Source: the human T2T-CHM13v2.0 reference genome, Homo sapiens | Assembly (NCBI GenBank): GCA_009914755.4 | Contig: CP086569.2 | Location: 27,424,001 to 27,488,000 of the forward strand | DNA length: 64,000 nucleotides | Reading direction: 5' to 3' | Part shown: positions 25,930 through 38,690 of the stretch, one piece after another | How positions within the stretch are numbered: position 1 is the first letter of the stretch | Layout: the number at the start of each line of letters is the position of its first letter | Notes under the pieces: model-generated | What the model was told of the DNA's origin: nothing | The model's database searches: none | What the model saw: the letters and a program-made list of their open reading frames with translations, nothing else | Position numbers and translations under genes: made by a program

Positions 25930-28900
25930 AAATGAAATCAAATGGAATCGAATGGAATCGAATCAAATGGATTCGAATGGCATTGAATGAAATCAAATGG
26001 AATACAGTGAAGTGGAGTGGAGTAGAATGGAGTGGAAAGGAATGGGGTGGAATAGAATTGAATGGAGAGGAGTGGAGTGGAGCAGAGTGGAAAGGAGTGG
26101 AATGGAATGGAATGGGAAAAAATGGAATACGATGGAGTGGAGAGGAATGGAGCGCAGTGGAATGGAGTGGAATGGAAAGGAGTGGAGTGGAATGGAATGG
26201 AGTGGAGTGGAATGTAGTGGAATGGAATGGAATGGATTGGAATGGAATGGAGTGGAGTGGAATGGAGTGGAATGGAATGGAATGCAATGGAGTGGAATGG
26301 AAAGGAATGGAATGGAATCGAATCACATGGAATTGAGTCGAATCAAATCAAATTGAATCTAATTGAATCGAATGGAAAAAGTGGAATCAAATGGAATCGA
26401 ATGTAATCAAATCGAATGGATTCGAATTGCATCGAATGGAATTGAATGGAATGCGGAGAAGTGGAGTGGAGTGGAATGGAGTGGAATGGAAAGGGGTGGA
26501 ATGGAATTGAATGGAGTGGAGGGGAGTGCTGTGGAGGGAACTGGAGTGGAATAGAATGGAATGGGAAGGAATGGAATTGAATGGAGTGGAGTGGAGTAGA
26601 GTGGAGTGCAGGGGAGTGGAGTGGAGAGTAGTAGAATGGATTGGAGTGGAATGGAGTGGAGTGAAATGGAATGGAATGGAATGAACTGGAATGGAATGGA
26701 ATGGAATCGAATCACAAGGAACCAAATCAAATCGAATCAAGTGGAAAAAAATGGAATCAAATGGAAATGATCGAATGAATTCGAATGGCATCAAATGGAA
26801 TCGAATGGAATGTGTTGAAGTGGAGTGGAATGGAGAGCAATGGAATGGAATGGAATGCAGTGGAATAGAATTGAATGGAGTGGAGTGGAGTGGACTGGAG
26901 TAGAATGGAAAGGAATGGGAAGGAATGGAATTGAACGGAGAGGAGTAGAGTGGAGTAGAGTGGAGTGGAATGGAATGGAAGGGAATTGCATGGAATTGAA
27001 TTGAATCGAATTGGATGGAAAAAATGGAACCGAATGGAATTGAATGGAATCGAAACAAGTGCATTCAAATGGCTTCAAATGGAATCAAATGGAAGGTGGT
27101 GAATTGAAACAAAACGAATGGAAAAAATGGAACTGAATGGAAATGAAAGGACTAGAATTCAACAAATTCGAACGGCATCGAATGGAATCGAATGCAATGC
27201 GGGGAAGTAGAGTGGAGTACGAATGGAAGTGAATGCAATGTGGGGAAGTGGAATGGAGTGGAATAGAATGGGGTGGAATGGAATTGAATGGAGTGGAGTG
27301 AAGCGGACCAGAGTGAAATGGAATGGAATAGGAAGGAATGGAATGGAACAGAGTGGAGTGGAGTGGAATGGAGTGGAATGTAGAGCAGTGGAATGGAGTG
27401 GAGTGGATTGGAATGGACCATAGTGGAGTGGAATCAAATGGAATGGAGTGGAGTGGAATGGAATAGAAAGGAGTGGAGAGTAATGGAATGGAATTTATTG
27501 GAGTAAAGTGGAGTGGAGTGGAATGGAGTGGAGTGGAGTGGAATGGAATGGAATGGAATGGAATGGAACGGAATGGAGTGGAGTGGAATGGAATGGAATC
27601 AAATCTGATGGAATCGAATCACATGGAATTCAATCAAATCGAATGGAATCGAATGGAAAAAAGGGAATTGAATGGAATCAAAGGTAACTGAATTGAATGG
27701 ATTCGAATGGCATCGAATGGAATTGACTGGAATGTGATGAAGTGGAGTGGAGTGGAATGGAGTGGAATGGAATGGGGTGGAATGGAATTGAATGGAGTGG
27801 AATGGAGTGGAGTGACATGGAGTGGATTGGAGTGGAGTGGAGTGGAATGGAATGAAATGGAATGGAGTGGAATGGAACAGAATGGAATGGAATGAAATCT
27901 AATCACATGGAATTGAATCAAATCGAATTAAATGGAAAAAATGGAACCAAAGGGAATCGAATCGAGTGGATTCCAACGGCATCGAATGGAATCAAATGGA
28001 AGGTGGTGAAGTGGAGTGGTGTTGAGTGGAATGGTGTGGAATGGAATTGAATGAATTGGCATGGAGTGGAATGGAGGGGACTGGAATGGAAAGGAATGGA
28101 AAGGGAAGAAATGGAATTGAATGGAGTGCAGTAGAGTGGAGTGCAGTGGAGTGGAGTGGAGTGGATTGCAGTGGAATAGAGTGGAGCGGAATGGAATGGA
28201 ATGGAATGGAATGGCATGGAATGGGATGGAATGGAATGGAATCACATGGAATCGAATCAAATCAAATGGAATTGAATCAAATTGAATCAAATGGAAAAAA
28301 TGGAATTGAATGGAATCTAATCGAATGGATTAAAATGGCATAGAATGGAATCGAATGAAATGCGGTGAAGTGGAGTGGAGTGGAATGGAGTAGAATGAAA
28401 TGGAATGGGAAGGAAAGGAACTGAATGCAGTGGAGTGGAGTGGAGTGGCACGGAGTGGATTGGAGTGGAATGGAGTGGAGTGGAATGGAATGGAATGGAA
28501 TGGAATGGAGTGGAATGGAATGGAATTGAATGGAGTGGAATGGAACGGAATGGAATGGAATGGAATCAAATCACATGGAATTGAATCAAATCGAATTGAA
28601 TGGAAAAAATGGAACCAAATGGAATCGAACGGAATCGAATCAAGTACATTCGAAGGGCATCAAATGGAATCAAATGGAAGGCGGTGAAGTGGAGTGGTGT
28701 TGAGTGGAATGGTGTGGAGTGGAATTGAATGGAGTGGAGTGGAACGGAGATGACTGGAATGGAAAGGAATGGAATGGGAAAGAATGGAATTCAAAGGAGT
28801 GGAGTGGAGTGCAGTGGAGTGGATTGGAGTGGAATAGAGTGGAGATGAATGGAATGGAATGCAATCGACTTGAATAGCATGGAATGGAATGGAATCGCAA

Positions 28901-31900
28901 GGAATCAAATCAAATAGAATGGAATTGAATCAAATAGAATCAAATGGAAAAATGGAATTGAATGGAATCTAATCAAATGGATTAAAATGGTGTAGAATGG
29001 AATCAAATGGAATGCAGAGAAGTGGAGTGGAGTGGAGTAGACTGGAGTGGAATGGAATGGAATGGGAAGGAATGGAATTCAATGGAGTGGAGTGGAGTGC
29101 AGTGGAGTGGAATGGAGTGGCATGGAGTGGATTGGAGTGGAATGGAGTGGAGTGGAATGGAATGGAATGGAATGGAAACGAATGGAATAGAATCAAATTG
29201 AATCGATTCAAATCAAATGGAAAAAATGGAATCGAATGGAATTGAAAAGATTCGAATGGCATCGAATGGAATCAAATGGAATGCCATGAAGTGGAATGGA
29301 GTGGAATGGAGTGGAATGGAAAGGAGTGGAAAGGAATTGAATGAAGTGGAGTGGAGTGCAGTTGAGTGGAGTGGAGTGGAGTGGAATGGAATGGGATGGG
29401 AAAAAATGGAATGGAATGGAGTGGAGTGGAGTGGAAAGGAGTGGAGTGGAATGGAATGGTGTGAAATGGGTGGAATAGAATGGAATGGAATCGAATCGAA
29501 TCACATGGAATCAAATTGCATCGAATAGAATCAAATCAAATCAAATCGAATCAAATGGAAAAAAATGGAATCAAATGGAATCGATAGAATGCAATCAAAT
29601 GGCATCAATTGGAATTGAAAGGAATGCGATGAAGTGGAGAGGAGTGGAGTGGAATAGAATGCGGTGGAATGGAGTTGAATGGAGTGGAGTGGAATGGATT
29701 GGAGTGGAGTGGAGTGGAATGGAATGGAATGGAATGGGAAGGAATGGAATTGAACAGAGTGGAATGGAGTGGAATGGAATAGAGAGGAGTAGAGTGGAGT
29801 GGAGTGGAATGGAATGGAATGGAATCACATGAAATTGAAAAGAATTGAATCGAATCGAATAAAATTGAAATGAATGGAAAAAGTGGAATCGAATGGAAAT
29901 GAATGGAATCGAATTGAACGGATTCGAACAGCATCAAATGGAATTGAATCCAACGTGGTGAAGTCGAGTGGAGTGCATGGGAGTGGAATGGCATGGGGTG
30001 GAATGGAATTTAATGGAGTGGAGTGGAGTGGAGCGGAATGGAATGGAGTGGAAGGAAAGGAATGGAATGGAAGGGAATTTAATTGAATCACATGGAATTG
30101 AATCAAATCGAATCAAATGGAAAAAATGGAATGGAATGGAATCGAATGGAATGAAATTAAATTGCATGGAATCAAATCATATGGAATCGAATTGAATCGA
30201 ATCTAATAGAATGGAAAAAATGGAATCAAATGGAATCGAACCGAATGGATTTGAATGGCATTGAATGAAATTGAATGGAATGCGGTGAAGTGGAGTGGAT
30301 TGGAATGTAGTGGAATGGAAAGTGGTGGAATGGAATTGAAAGGTGTTGAGTGGAGTGGAGTAGAAAGGACTGGAGTGGAATGGAAGGGAATGGGAAGGAA
30401 TGGAATTGAACAGAGTGGAGTGGAGTAGGGTGGAATGGAGAGGAATGGAGTGGAAAGGAGTGGAATGGAGTGAAGTGGAGTGGAATGAACTAGAGTGGAG
30501 TGGAATGGAGTAGAGTGGAATTGAATAGAATGGAATCAAATCCAATCAACTCGAATGGAAAAAATGGAACTGAATGGAATAAAATGGAATCAAATCAAAC
30601 GGATTGGAATGGCAGGAAATGGAATTGAATGGAATGGAATGGAGTGAAGTGGAATGGAGTGAAGTGGAATGGAGTGGAATGGAATGGGGTGTAATGGAAT
30701 TGAAAGGAATGGAGTGTACTGGAATAGAATGGAATGGAATGGGAAGAATGGAATTGAATGCAGTGGAGTGGAGTGAAGAGCAGTGGAGTGGAGTGGAATG
30801 GAGTGGAGTGGATTGTAGAGGAATTTAGTGGAGTGGAATGGAATGGAATGGAAAGGAATTAAGTGGAAAGGAATGGATTGGAAAGGAACGGGATGAAAAG
30901 GAATCAAATGGAATCGAATCAAATTGAATCAAATAAAAAAATGGAATTGAATGGAATCGAATGGAATCGAATCGAATGGATTTGAATGGCATCGAATGGA
31001 ATCGAGTGGAATGCGGTGAAGTGGAGTGGAGAGGAATGGGGTGGAAAGGAATGGAGTGAAGTGGAGTGGAGAGGAATGGAATGGAGTGGACTGGAATGGA
31101 ATGGAATGGAATTGAGACAAATTGCACGGAATTGAATCGGATGGAATCAAATCAAATCAAATCAAATTGAATCAAAAGGAAAAGGAATCGAATGGAATCA
31201 AATGAAATGGATTCAAATGGCATCAAAAGGAATCAAATGAAATGCGGTGAAGTGGAGTGGAGTGGAATGGAGTGGAATGGAATGGGGAGGAATGGAATTG
31301 AATGGAGTGCAGTGGAGCGAAGTGGAGTGTATTGGAGTGGACTGGAGTTGAATGGAATGGAATGGGAAGGAATGGAATTGAAAGGAGTGGAGTGGAGAGA
31401 AATGGAGTGGAGTGGAGTGGAATGGAGTGGAATGGAATGGAAAGGAAACGAATGGAATGGAATTGAATCAGATGGAATCAAATCGCATGGAATTGAATCG
31501 AATCGAATAGAATCGAATGGAAAAAATGGAGTCGAATGGAATCGAATGGAATCGAATTGATTGGATTCGAATGGCATCGAATGAAATCGAATGGAATCCG
31601 GTGAAGTGGAGTGGAGTGGACTGGAATGTAATGGAATGGAATGGGGTGGAATGGAATTAAATGGTGTGGAGCGGAGTGGAGTTGAGAGGACAGGAGTGTA
31701 ATGGAATGAAAAGGGAAGGAATGGAATTGAACGAAGTTGCATGGAGTGGAGTGCAGTGAAGTGGAGTGGAGTGGATTGGAGTGGAATTGAGTGGAGTGGA
31801 GGGGAATGGAATGGAATGGAATGGAATTGCATGGAATCAAATCGAATCAAAATGAATTGAATCAAATCAAAAGGAAAAAAGGGAATCAAATGGAATTGAA

Positions 31901-34900
31901 TTGAATGGAATAGAATGGCATCAAATGGATTCGAATGGAAAGCGTGGAAGTGGAGTGGAGTGGATTGGAGTGGAATGGAATGGAGTGGAGTGGAATGGAA
32001 TGTAGTGGAGTGGAATGGGATGGAATGGAATGGAATGCAATGGGGTCGAACAGCATGAAATCGAATTGCATGGAATCAAAATGAATCGAATCAAATCAAA
32101 TCAAATCAAATGGAAAAAGTGGATTTGAATGGCATCAAATGGAGTCGAACGGAATGCGGTGAAGTGGAGGGGAGTGGAGTGGAATGGAGTGGAATGTAAT
32201 TGGGTGGAATAAAATTGAATGAAGTGAAGTGGAGTGCAGTGGAGTGGACTGTAGTGAAATGGAATGGAATGGGAAGGAATGAAATTGAGCAGAGTGGAGT
32301 GGCGTGGAGTGGAGTGCAGTGGAGTGGAGTGGAATGGAGTGAAATGGAGTGGAACCGAATGGAATGCAATGAAATGGAATGGAATGGAATTGAATTGCAT
32401 GTAATCAAATAGCTTGGAATCAAAATGAATCAAATCAAATGGAAAAAATGGAATCGAGTGTAATCAAATGCCATCAAATGGAATCAAATGGAATGCAGTG
32501 AAGAGGAGTGGAGTGGATTGGAGTGGAGTGGAGTGGACTGGAGTGGAATGGAATGGAATGGGAAGGAATGGAATAGAACGGAGTGGAGTGGAGTGGAGTG
32601 CAGTGGCATGCAGTGGAGTGGAGTGGATTAGAGTGGATTGGAGTGGAATGGCGTGGAGTGGAGTGGAATGGAATGAAATGGACTGGACTGGAATGGAATG
32701 GAATGGAATGGAATTGAATCACATTAAATCGAGTCGAATCACATCAAATCGAATGGAAACAATGGAATAGAATGGAATCAAATGGAATCAAATCGAATGG
32801 ATTTGAAAGACATCGAACACATTTGAAAAGATTGCTGTAAAGTGGAGTGGAGTGGAATGGAGTGGAATGGAATGGGATGGAATGGAATTGAATGGAGTGG
32901 AGTCGAGTGGAGTGGAGTGGACTGGAGTGGAGTGGACTGGAGTGGAATGCAATGCAATGGGAAGGAATGGAATTGAACAGAGAGCAGTGGCATGTAGTGG
33001 AGTGGAATGGAATGGAATGGAGTGGAGTGGAAAGGAATGGAATGGAGTGGAATGGAATGGAAAGGAATGGAATGGAGTAGAGTGGAGAGGAATGGAATTG
33101 AATGGAGTCAAATCGCATGAAATCGTATCGAATCAAATTGAATTGAATCGAAACGAATAAAATGGAAAAAGTGGAATTGAATGGAATTGAATCGAATGGA
33201 TTTGAATGGCACCCAATGAAATCGAATAGAATGTGGTGAAGTGGAGTGAAGTGGAACGGAATGGAATGGAATGGGGTGGAATGGAATTGAGAGGAGTGGA
33301 GTGGAGTGGATTGTAATGGAGTGGAGAGAAATAGAGTGGAATGGAATGGAATGGAATGGTACGGAATGGAATTGCATGGATTCGCATGGAATCTCATGGA
33401 AACAAATAAAATCGAATGGAATCAATCGAATGGATTCGAATGGAATCGAATAGAATCCAATGGAATGCAGTGAAGTGGAGTGCAGTTGAGTGGAATGGAG
33501 AGGAAGGTAATGGGATGGAAAGGAATGGAGTGGAGTGGAGAGGAGTGGAATGAAACGGATGAGAATGGAGATGAATGGAATGGAATGGAATAGAATGGAA
33601 TGAAATAGCATGGAATCGAATAACATGGAATAGAATCAAATGGAATTGAAAGGAAAAAATGGAAACGAATGGATTTGAATGGAATCAAATTGAATGGATT
33701 CAAATGTCATCGAAAGGAATCGAATGGAATGTGGTGAAGTGGAGTGGATTGGAATGGGGTTGTATGGAATTGAATGGAGTGTAGTGGAATGGAGCAGAGT
33801 GTAGTGGACTGGAGTGGAATGGAATCGAATTGGAAGGAATGGAATTGAACAGAGTGGAGTGGAGTGGAAAGGAGTGGAGTGGAGTGGAGTTGAATGGAAT
33901 GGAATGGAGTGGAATGGAATGGAATCCAATTGCATGGAATTCAATCGCATGGAATCAAAGCAAATCAAATCGAACCGAATGGAAAAAATGGAATAGAATG
34001 TAATCGAATGGAATAGAATTGAATGGACTTGAATGGCATCGAATGTAATCGAAAGGAATGCAGTGAAGTAGAGTGGAGTGGACTGGAATGTAGTGGAATG
34101 GAATGGGGTGGAATGGAATTGAATGGTGTGGAGCGGAGTAAAGTAGAGAGGACTCAAGTGGAATGGAATGGAATGGGAAGAAATGGAATTGAGCAGAGTG
34201 GAGTGGAGTGCAGTGGAGTGGAGTGGAATGGAGTGGAGCAGAATGGATTGGAGTGGAATGGAGTGGAGTGGAATCGATTGCAATGGAATGCAATGGACTT
34301 GAATGGAATGGAAAAGAATGGAATTGCATGGAATCAAATTGAATTGAATAGAAAAAATGGAATCAAATGGAATAGAAAGGAATTGAATCAAATGGAATCG
34401 AATGGTATCGAAGGGAATCAAATGAAATGCGGTGAAGTGGAGAGGAGTGGAGTGGAATGGAATGGAATGGAATGGAATGGAATGGAATGGAAAGGAGTAG
34501 AGTGGAATGGAATGTACTGGAGTGGAATAAAATTTAATGGAATGGAATGGAATCGAATAGCATGAAAATGAATAACATGGAATCAAAATGAATTAAATCG
34601 AAACGAATCAAATCGAATGGAAAATGTTGATTTGAATGGCATCAAATGGAATCGAATGGAATGTGGTGAAGTGGAGAGGAATGGACTGGAATGGAATGGG
34701 TGGAATGGAATTGAATGGAGTGGAGTGGAGTGGACTGTAGAGGAATGGAATGGGAAGGAAGGGAATTGAAAGGAGTGGAGTGGGGTGCAGTTGGTTGGAG
34801 TGGAGTGGAGAGGATTGGAGTGGAATGTGGTGGAGTGGAATGGGTTTCAATGGAATGCAGTGAACTTGAATGGAATGGAATGGAATGGAATCACATGGAA

Positions 34901-37900
34901 TCAAATTGAATGAAATCAAAATGAATCGAATTGAATAGAATGGAAAAAATAGAATCGAATGGAATTAAATGTCACGAAAAGGAATTGAGTGGAGTGAGGT
35001 GAAGTGGAGTGGAGTGGAATGGAATTGAATGGAAAGGAGTGGAGTGGAATGATGTATTGAATTGGAATGGAATGGAATGGAATAGAATGGAATGAAATTG
35101 AATAGCATGAATTCGAATCCCATGGTAACAAATTGAATCGACTTGAATCGAATCAAATCGAATGGAAAAAGTAGAATCGAATTGCATCGAATGGAATGTG
35201 CTGAAGTGGAATGGAGTGGAATGTAGTGGAATGGAATGGGTTGGAATGGAAAGGAATGAGTGGAGTTGAGTGTAGTGTAGTGAGTGTAGTGGAGTGGACT
35301 GTAGTGGAATGGAATGGAATGGGAAGGAATGCAATTGAACGGAGTGGAGTGGAGAGGAGTGCAGTGGTTTGGAGTGGATTGGAGTGGAATGGAGTGGAGT
35401 GGAATGGAATGGAATGGACTGGAATGGAATGGAAAGGAATGGAATCAAATCGAATTTAATTGAATCAAATCAAATTGAATGAAAAAAATAGAATTGAATG
35501 GAATCAAATGGAATCGAATGGAATCAAATCAAATGGATTCAAATTGCATAGAATGGAATCAAATGGAATGCGGTGAAGTGGAGTGGACATGAATGGAGTG
35601 GAATGGAATGGGTTGGAATGGAATTGAGTGGATTGGAGTGGAGTGAAGTGGAGTGGAGTTGAGTGGAGTGAAATGGAATGGAATGCAATGGAATGGAATT
35701 GAATCAAATGGAAAAAATGGAAACGAATGGAATCGAAACATATGGCTATGAAAGGCATAGAATGGAATTGAAAGGAATGCGGTGAAGTGGAGTGGAGTGG
35801 AATTGAGTGGAATGGAATTGGGTGGAATGGATTTAACAGGAGTGGAGTGGAGAGTGGTGGACTGGAGTGGAATGGAATGGGAAAGAATGAATTTGAATGG
35901 AGTGGAGTGGAGTGTAATGGAAAGGAGTGGATTGGAGAGGAGTGGAGTGCAATGGACTGGAGTGGAGTGGATTGGAGTGGAATGGAGTGGAGTGGAATGG
36001 AATGGGATGTACTGGAAGGGAATGCAATAGAATGGAATTGCATGAGGTTGAATTGAATCGAATTGAATGGAAAAAAAAGGAGTCGAATGGAATTGAACGG
36101 AATCAAATCAAATGGATTCAAATGGCAGCGAATGGAATCGAATGGAATGCGATGAAGTGGAGTGTAGAGGAATGGAGTGCAACGGATTTTGGTGGAATGG
36201 AATTGAATGGACTGGAGTGGAATGTAGTGGACAGGAGTGGAATGGAATGTAATGGGAAGGAATGGAATTGAACGGAGTGGAGTACAGTGGAATGGAGAAA
36301 AGTAGTGTGGAAAGGAATGGAGTGGAATGTGATGGAGTGGAATGGAGTGGAATGGAATGGAATGGAACAGAGTGGAGTGGAGTGGAGTGAAATGGAGTGG
36401 AGTGGAGTGTAATGCAATGGAATGGAATGGAATGCAATAGAGAGGAGTGGAGTGGAGTGGATTGGAGTGCAGTGTAGTGTAGTATAGTATAGGGCAATGG
36501 AATGGAATGGAAAGGAATGGAGTTGAGTGGAGTGGTGTGGAGTGGAGAGGAGTGGAGTGGAATGGAGAGGAGTGGAGTGCAGTGAAGTGGACCAGATTAG
36601 AGTGGAATGGAATGCAGTGGAGTTGAATGGAATGTAATGAAGTGGAATTTAGTGGAATGAAGTGGAATGGAATGGAATGGAGTAGAGAGGAATGGAATGG
36701 AGTGTAGTGGAATGGAAGGGATTGTAGTGGATTGGAGTGGAACGGAATGGAATTGAGTGGTAGGGACTGGAATGGAATGGAATGGAATCAAATCAAAGGG
36801 AATCTAATCTAATCAAAATGAATCACATCGAATTGAATGGAAAAAATGGAATTGAATGGAATCGAAAGGAATCAAATCGAATGGAATAGAATAGCATAGA
36901 ATGGAATCAAATGGAATGAGGTGAAGTGGAGTGGAGGGGAATGGATTGGAATGAAATGGGTTGGAAAGGAATCGAACGGACTGGAGTGGATTGAACTGGA
37001 GTGGAGTGGAATGGTACGGAGTGGAAAGTAGTGGAGTGGAGTGGATTGGTGTGGAATGCAGTGGAGAGGAGTGGAGCGGAGGGGATTGGAGTGGAATGGA
37101 GTGGAGTGGAATGGAATGGAATGGAATGGAATGAATTGGACCGGAATGCAATGGAATGGAATGGAATAGCATAAAATCGAATCAAAGCAAATTGAATCGA
37201 TTTGAATCGAATTGTATGGAAAAAAATGGAATCAAATGGAATCCAATAGAATGGATTCGAATAGCATCGAATGGAATTGAATGGAATGCGGGGAAGTGGA
37301 CTGGAGTGGAATGGAATGGGGTGGAATAGAATTGAATGGAGTGGACTGGAGTGGATTGGAGTGGAATGGAATGGAGTGGGAATGAATGGAATTGAATGGA
37401 GTGGAGTGGAGGTGAGTGCAGTGGAATGGAGAGGAATGGAGTGAAGTGGAGTGGAATGGACTAGAGTGGAATGGAATGGTGCAGACAGGAATGGAATGAA
37501 GTGGAGTGGAAGGGAATGGAATGGAATTGACTGGAATGGAGTGGAATGGAATGGAATAGAGTGGAATGAAATGGAAAGGAATGGAATGGAATGGAGTAGA
37601 ATGGAATGGAATGGAATAGAGTGGAGTGGAGTCGAGTGGATTGGAATGGAATGGAACGGAATGAGTTGAAACGAAATTGAATTGTAGGGAATCGAATCAA
37701 ATCAAATCAAATCAAATCACATCAAAACGAATAGAATGGAAAAAATGGAAGTGAATGGAATAGAATGGAATCGAATCAAATGAATTTGAATGGCATCAAA
37801 TGGAGTCAAATGGAATGTGGTGAAGTGGAGTGGAGAGGAGTGGAATGGAGTAGAATGGAGTGGAATGGAGTGGAATGGAGTGGAGTGGAAGGGAGTGGAA

Positions 37901-38400
37901 AGGAGTGGAATGGCGTGGATAGGTATGAAATGGAATGCATTGGAATGGAGTGGAATGGAATGCAATGAATGGAATCGGATGGAATTGAAACGAATCAAAT
38001 CAAATTGAATCGAATGGACCAAATGGAATCAAATGATATCAAACAAAATTGAATCAAACGGAATTGAATGGAATAGAATGAAATCAAATGGAAAGTGGTG
38101 AAGTGGAGTGTAGTGGAATGGAGTTTAATGGAATGGGTTGGAATGGAATTGAATGGACTGGAGTGGATTGGAGTGGAATGAAGTGGAGTGAGTGGAGTGG
38201 AATGGAGAGGAAAGTAGTTTAGTGGAGTGGATTGGAGTGGAATGGAGTGGAGTGGAATGGAATGGATTGGACTGAAATGGAATGGAATGGAATCAAATGG
38301 AATTGCATGGAATCAAATTGAACCAAATCTAATCAAATTTAATAGAATCAAAAGGGAAAAGTGGAATCAAAAGAAATCAAATTCAATGGATAGGAAAGGC
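25930..38400 (+). repeat. Divergent, irregular edge domain of the satellite array with no clean higher-order periodicity.
   Basis: The translated ORF patterns do not recur at a fixed spacing. Sub-blocks have differing composition, for example the GGAGT-rich stretch at about 36.25 to 36.8 kb that lacks aatcgaat motifs. Confidence 0.7.
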
Positions 38401-38479
38401 ATCGAATGGAATTGAATGGAATGCGATGAAGTGGAGTGGAGTAGAATGGAGTGGAATGGAATCGGATGAAATGGAATTG

Positions 38480-38690
38480 AATGGAGTGGAGTGGTGTGGA
38501 GTGGACGGAGTATAATGGAATGGGAAGAAATGGAATTGAATGGAGTGGACTTGAGTGGGGTGGAATGGAGAGGAATGGAGGGGAAACGAGTGGAATGGAG
38601 GGGAAAAGAGAGGAATGGAGGGGAAAGTACTGGAAAGGAGTGAAGTGGAGGGGAATGGAGTAAAGTGGAATTGAATGCAGTGGAGTGGAA
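38480..38690 (+). repeat. Local micro-tandem duplication of a unit of about 24 to 25 bp, roughly 3 to 4 copies, at the boundary of the HOR domain.
   Basis: The sequence 'gaggaatggaggggaaacgagtggaatggaggggaaaagagaggaatggaggggaaagtactggaaaggagtgaagtggaggggaatgg' is present here but absent from the corresponding position of the later HOR copies. Confidence 0.6.
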
